A DNA stretch of 64,000 nt from the NCBI GenBank assembly GCA_963740315.1, contig CAVUDP010000004.1, positions 160,001 to 224,000 on the forward strand. Reading direction: 5' to 3'. Position 1 is the stretch's first letter. Every line of letters starts with the position of its first letter. A program made the position numbers and the translations under genes. This document shows positions 59,918 through 64,000 of the stretch, piece after piece. This DNA is from an uncultured cyanobacterium (GTDB lineage: Bacteria > Cyanobacteriota > Cyanobacteriia > Cyanobacteriales > Nostocaceae). Under the pieces are notes generated by a model. It did not search any database, was not told where the DNA came from, and saw only the letters and a list, made by a program, of their open reading frames with translations.

Positions 59918-60595
59918 TTTATAATACTGCTTTTTTAGGTTCTTAAGCCATTTTCTAAAACGTAGTTTTTATATAGTGGATTAAACGCAAAATATTATAA
60001 CAGCAATAAGGCTACACTGCCATAATTTTGTATAAGTTTCATTTTTTCTTATCAAAAACTCTATTTTTTAACTGCTTTCATAAGTTTTCACTACCCCCTA
60101 TGGATATCGTAGTTGATTAAAAATACTGAGATTTAAAAGAGGTTTTATTACAGCAATACGCGATCGCAGATTTTTGACTTACTAAAAATGTTAAATGCGT
60201 GAAATTCTTCTATCAAAGTAAACTTAAGCAATGCGCGGCTATTAAATTGAATAATATCTGTCTATAATTTATTAGAAATATTACTAAGTCTCTCTGTATC
60301 TTTTAAAGCTGGATATGCTCAGATATTTAGTTATTTATTCGTAAAATCCAAGATATAAAGATTTCAAAGATTGAAATAGGTGTTTGTACTTCTTTTTTCT
60401 CAAAAAGCGTCAAGTTTGAATTAATGAATCAGATGATGTTATATAAGTATTTTTGCCATGAGTATTTATCTCTATTTTTGACATTCAAAGGTATTTAAGA
60501 ATACTTGATTGCCTGTTTTGTTTTGTTAAAACTAGAAGTGTCAGCAAAAAATCAGTGTGCGTTTGCCGAAATTACCTTCAGGAGAAAAATGACTC

Positions 60596-62713
60596 ATGAA
60601 TGATTTCGACACATCGCTTAACAACGAATCATCTTTAACTGCAAGCCCTCAAGAATTAGTTCCTAATTCTGATTTAGGTGGAAATTTAATTTCTGGAGAT
60701 TCGCAAAATTCATCTAATTCTTCGATGCTACCTACTTTAGAAGAAGATATCTTACGCTACGAAGCAGAAGATTTGAATCTAACCAACTATCTAATAGAGT
60801 CTAGTAACGCCTCTTCAGGGGGTAAACATATCTCTCTTTTAGGTAGCGATAGTAAAACTGGAACAGCAACAGGTGTTTTCAATGGTGAAGCTGGAATTTA
60901 CCAAGTAAACGTCGGTTTTTACGATGAAAATGATGGAGTTTCTTCTGCGGATATAACTGTTGCAGGTGACACTAAAAGCTTTTCATTCGATAAAGATTTA
61001 CCTGCAAATTATGCTGCTGCCAAAGCTTTGACATCTCGTGTCACCCATTCAGATATTGAACTCAAAAGAGGCGATCGTTTTGAGATTGAAGGAAAATCTA
61101 ATTTGGGCGAATATGCTCGTTTTGACTATGTTGAGTTTACCTCAGTAGACTCATCAGGTTCTGATACAGGTTCTGACAAGGGTTCGGATACAGTCTCTGA
61201 CACGGGTTCTGACAAGGGTTCTGACAAGGGTTCGGATACAGTCTCTGACACGGGTTCTGACATGGGTTCGGATACAGTTTCTGACATGGGTTCTGACACG
61301 GGTTCTGACATGGGTTCGGATACAGGTTCTGACAAAGGTGAAGCTAATACATACTACGTTTCTTTAAATGGTAGCGATGATAACCCAGGTACAAAAGAAA
61401 AGCCTTGGAAAACTGTTGATTATGCAGTTAGTAAAGACTCTGCGGTGTCGGCAGGAGATACAGTTTTAGTACAGCCCGGAGTCTATACAGAGTTAATTAC
61501 TCTTGAGAAATCAGGTAATAAAGAACTCGGTGACATTACCTTAAAAGCTGATGGTGACGTAACTTTACGCGATCCAGATCCTCTCAAAGGTGGTTTTAGA
61601 GAGGGTGTAATTCAGTCTGCTGGTAAAGGTTACTGGAATATCGATGGTTTCCGGATTGAGAATACATCTTGGGCGGGTATTGCGTTGCGAGATGCAAATA
61701 ATATGACTGTACAGAACAATCACACCTTTGAAACAGGTGCTTCAGGTATCATCGTTTTACCTGAAACTTACTACGAAGGTGGAGAGGCTGAAGTTACCAG
61801 TAAAGATATCAAGGTACTGGATAACAAGATTGAACGAGCAAACTGGAGGTGGACTGGTAGAGGAGATACTAGAGGTACTCAAGAAGCTCTAAGTATCTGG
61901 GGTGTAGATGGTTTTGAGGTTGCGAACAATATTGTTCAAGAAGGAAATCGCGAGGGTATCGATATTAAAACAGGCTCTCGGAATGGTTCCGTTCATAACA
62001 ATACAGTGACGGGTGTTGCAAAAGTCTCCGGTACACCTGGAGGTTACAATGGTGGTCCCGCTATTTACGTCGATGGAAACCGAGCCGATAGTTTCAACAT
62101 TGATATCTATAGCAATCTTGTTTACGGGAACACCGCAGATGGAATTCTTATTGGTGATGAAGTACCCGAGCAAGGAGATGTTAAAGATGTTCGCGTTTTC
62201 AATAACGTAGTTTACGGTAATGGGAAATTAGGTGTAAATGCTGGTGCAGGAGTTGCGGTAACTAGCAATGTCAGCGATGTTGAAGTTATCAATAATACTG
62301 TAGCTAAGAACGTTCAATCGATTTTAATTGATGGTACTGATTTCACTAAGGGCAGTAAAACGAGCGATGTTGTAGTGCGTAACAATATTTTTGCCGATGC
62401 TATCTACAGAAATGGTTTAATTGAAGATGCGGACGATGTAGTTTTAGACAACAACTTGTTTACAGGTGAATTTGCAGAACTCTATGAAGGTAAAAGTGGA
62501 CTGAAGAACTTCAAAGAAACAAATAACACCGAAGTTGAATCAATTGCTTTCTTAGATTCAAAAGCTAACGATTACCACTTAACTTCTGATTCCCCTGCAA
62601 TAGATACAGCTTCGGATCGAGTTCCCGATTATGCATCTACCGATAAGGATGGTGTAAAGCGGAATAAAAAGGATGCTGATATCGGTGCTTATGAGTTTCC
62701 TGGTTCTAAGTAA
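60596..62713 (+). CDS. CBM-like domain plus SDTG linker plus right-handed beta-helix (DUF1565-like) protein
   Basis: RYEAEDL, YYVSLNGSDDNPGTKEKPWKT, parallel beta-helix repeats, DYHLTSDSPAID...DIGAYE; AGGAG RBS. Confidence 0.8.
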   Translation: MNDFDTSLNNESSLTASPQELVPNSDLGGNLISGDSQNSSNSSMLPTLEEDILRYEAEDLNLTNYLIESSNASSGGKHISLLGSDSKTGTATGVFNGEAGIYQVNVGFYDENDGVSSADITVAGDTKSFSFDKDLPANYAAAKALTSRVTHSDIELKRGDRFEIEGKSNLGEYARFDYVEFTSVDSSGSDTGSDKGSDTVSDTGSDKGSDKGSDTVSDTGSDMGSDTVSDMGSDTGSDMGSDTGSDKGEANTYYVSLNGSDDNPGTKEKPWKTVDYAVSKDSAVSAGDTVLVQPGVYTELITLEKSGNKELGDITLKADGDVTLRDPDPLKGGFREGVIQSAGKGYWNIDGFRIENTSWAGIALRDANNMTVQNNHTFETGASGIIVLPETYYEGGEAEVTSKDIKVLDNKIERANWRWTGRGDTRGTQEALSIWGVDGFEVANNIVQEGNREGIDIKTGSRNGSVHNNTVTGVAKVSGTPGGYNGGPAIYVDGNRADSFNIDIYSNLVYGNTADGILIGDEVPEQGDVKDVRVFNNVVYGNGKLGVNAGAGVAVTSNVSDVEVINNTVAKNVQSILIDGTDFTKGSKTSDVVVRNNIFADAIYRNGLIEDADDVVLDNNLFTGEFAELYEGKSGLKNFKETNNTEVESIAFLDSKANDYHLTSDSPAIDTASDRVPDYASTDKDGVKRNKKDADIGAYEFPGSK
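61157..61338 (+). repeat. 12-bp coding tandem repeats (SDTG/SDKG/SDMG/SDTV)
   Basis: GGTTCTGACAyG-like units. Confidence 0.9.
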
Positions 62714-62758
62714 TCCAGTTGTGATTTTTGATTAAGTAAGGTACATCGCTTGTCTATC

Positions 62759-62785
62759 AACCTCTCTCTTTTAGAGAGGGGTTTT
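62759..62785 (+). terminator. Probable intrinsic terminator
   Basis: AACCTCTCTC-tttta-GAGAGGGGTT followed by TT. Confidence 0.55.
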
Positions 62786-62951
62786 ATCCACCTATGCCAT
62801 TAATATCGTTTATTTCAAAAGCTGTAGTATTTTTAAACTACATTTTGTAAACTTAACGACTTAAAATCGTTGCCAAATTGGCATTACTTGTACAGAAATA
62901 TCTGTTTAAATGTACATCAATTGGACATCTACCTATCTTTTTAAATAGTTT

Positions 62952-63740
62952 ATGACATTCTCTCAACAACAAAAACCCAAAGACTACGCGTCTCTTAGTC
63001 AAAAAGTATATCAGTACATTAATCAACGCAGTTTAACTCAATTGGCGAAAGAGATTTTCCAAAATGGTATTCCTCTATCACGTAAATTAGTGGGACTCTA
63101 CTTTGATAAAAGGTTTGATAAAAAATACAACGTTGATACTTGCGGTGCGATTCATTTAGAAGAACTAACCATACCAGATAAAAGCAATATCGAGTCTGCT
63201 TCTATTTACGATCCCGCTCCTGCTCGAACAGTTAAAACGCTGTTTTCTTATCTTCCTAATGACTTAAATAACTATACTTTGGTTGATTTTGGCTCTGGGA
63301 AAGGGCGTGTTATGTTAGTCGCCGCAGAGTATTCCTTTCGCAAGATTATCGGTGTAGAGTTTGCTAAGGAATTACACGAAGTAACAGTTGAGAATATTGC
63401 CAATTATAAAAGCTCTCAACAAAAGTGTTTTGACATTGAATCTGTTTGCGCTGACGCTGCAAAGTTTGAAATTCCAGAAGATAATTGTATATTTTATTTT
63501 TTCGCACCTTTTAAAGAAGATGTTTTGTCATCAGTAATTGAGAATATTAAGCAGTCTTATCAACAAGCTCCCAGACATATGTGGATTTTGTACATTACAG
63601 ATCCCATAACACATCCTACTTCTTTTAATATAATCGAAAACTCTGGAATATTTTCTGAAGTACGTGGAGAATATTGTCCATTTGATATTGCCCTACGAGA
63701 TAGTCTGTATTACAAGATATACAAAACGGTGGGGTTGTAA
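62952..63740 (+). CDS. Class I SAM-dependent methyltransferase
   Basis: VDFGSGKGR, IGVEF, CADA, YFFAPF. Confidence 0.82.
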   Translation: MTFSQQQKPKDYASLSQKVYQYINQRSLTQLAKEIFQNGIPLSRKLVGLYFDKRFDKKYNVDTCGAIHLEELTIPDKSNIESASIYDPAPARTVKTLFSYLPNDLNNYTLVDFGSGKGRVMLVAAEYSFRKIIGVEFAKELHEVTVENIANYKSSQQKCFDIESVCADAAKFEIPEDNCIFYFFAPFKEDVLSSVIENIKQSYQQAPRHMWILYITDPITHPTSFNIIENSGIFSEVRGEYCPFDIALRDSLYYKIYKTVGL

Positions 63741-64000
63741 GTTTTGGCAGTTTCTTGAATAATAAATATCCAGTGAAAAATCGCAATTTTTAAGATAGTT
63801 GTCTCAGATGTAACAGTGCTATATCTAGGGCAACTAATTTTTATTAACCTATTTATATTGAATCGCGATCGCACTACAAGTTAAGTAATATAAAAAATAA
63901 AAAGATAGTCCCCATAAATAACGATGCTTAGATAACGTATTTACGATCGCGCTATGCGTATTAAAAAAATATTTTGATTTTTCCCATAAATAAATCCCAG

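Noticed and set aside
1..64000. Autonomous transposase, integrase, prophage or reverse transcriptase genes
   Set aside because: No DDE, HUH, recombinase, phage or RT motifs recognised in any ORF

Overview
AT-rich chromosomal window, by inference from a filamentous, probably heterocyst-forming cyanobacterium: HIP1 GCGATCGC octamers are frequent, there are STRR-type tandem arrays, and it carries hgl/devBCA genes. Left to right: (1) an RNA-repair cluster hen1 - small P-loop kinase - thg1-like - Tat-signal P1 peptidase - pnkp; pnkp runs off the left edge and is absent from the ORF track. (2) A signalling/secretion cassette (NarL-type regulator, CHASE2 histidine kinase, DUF928, TPR-CHAT protease, TPS/haemagglutinin exoprotein) bracketed by two paralogous acidic five-repeat proteins that share a promoter-like architecture. 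(3) Fibrillin, SufU-like protein and a PaoABC-type molybdoenzyme cluster with mocA, xdhC and an internally deleted second Mo subunit. (4) mgtE, a PGM1-like ATP-grasp ligase, a Ser/Thr kinase and a pentapeptide protein. (5) A PIN-like/LuxR pair divergent from a non-canonical heterocyst-glycolipid-type PKS cluster (hglE-G-C-A-B, no hglD or hglT here) that continues into a membrane GT2/GT21-like glycosyltransferase and devBCA. (6) DUF2007-like, beta-helix and methyltransferase genes. Intergenic DNA is packed with nested REP/REPIN-like, MITE-like, HIP1-inserted and composite STRR repeats. I found no tRNA, rRNA, CRISPR array or transposase. All family calls are from motif recognition by eye; no searches were run.
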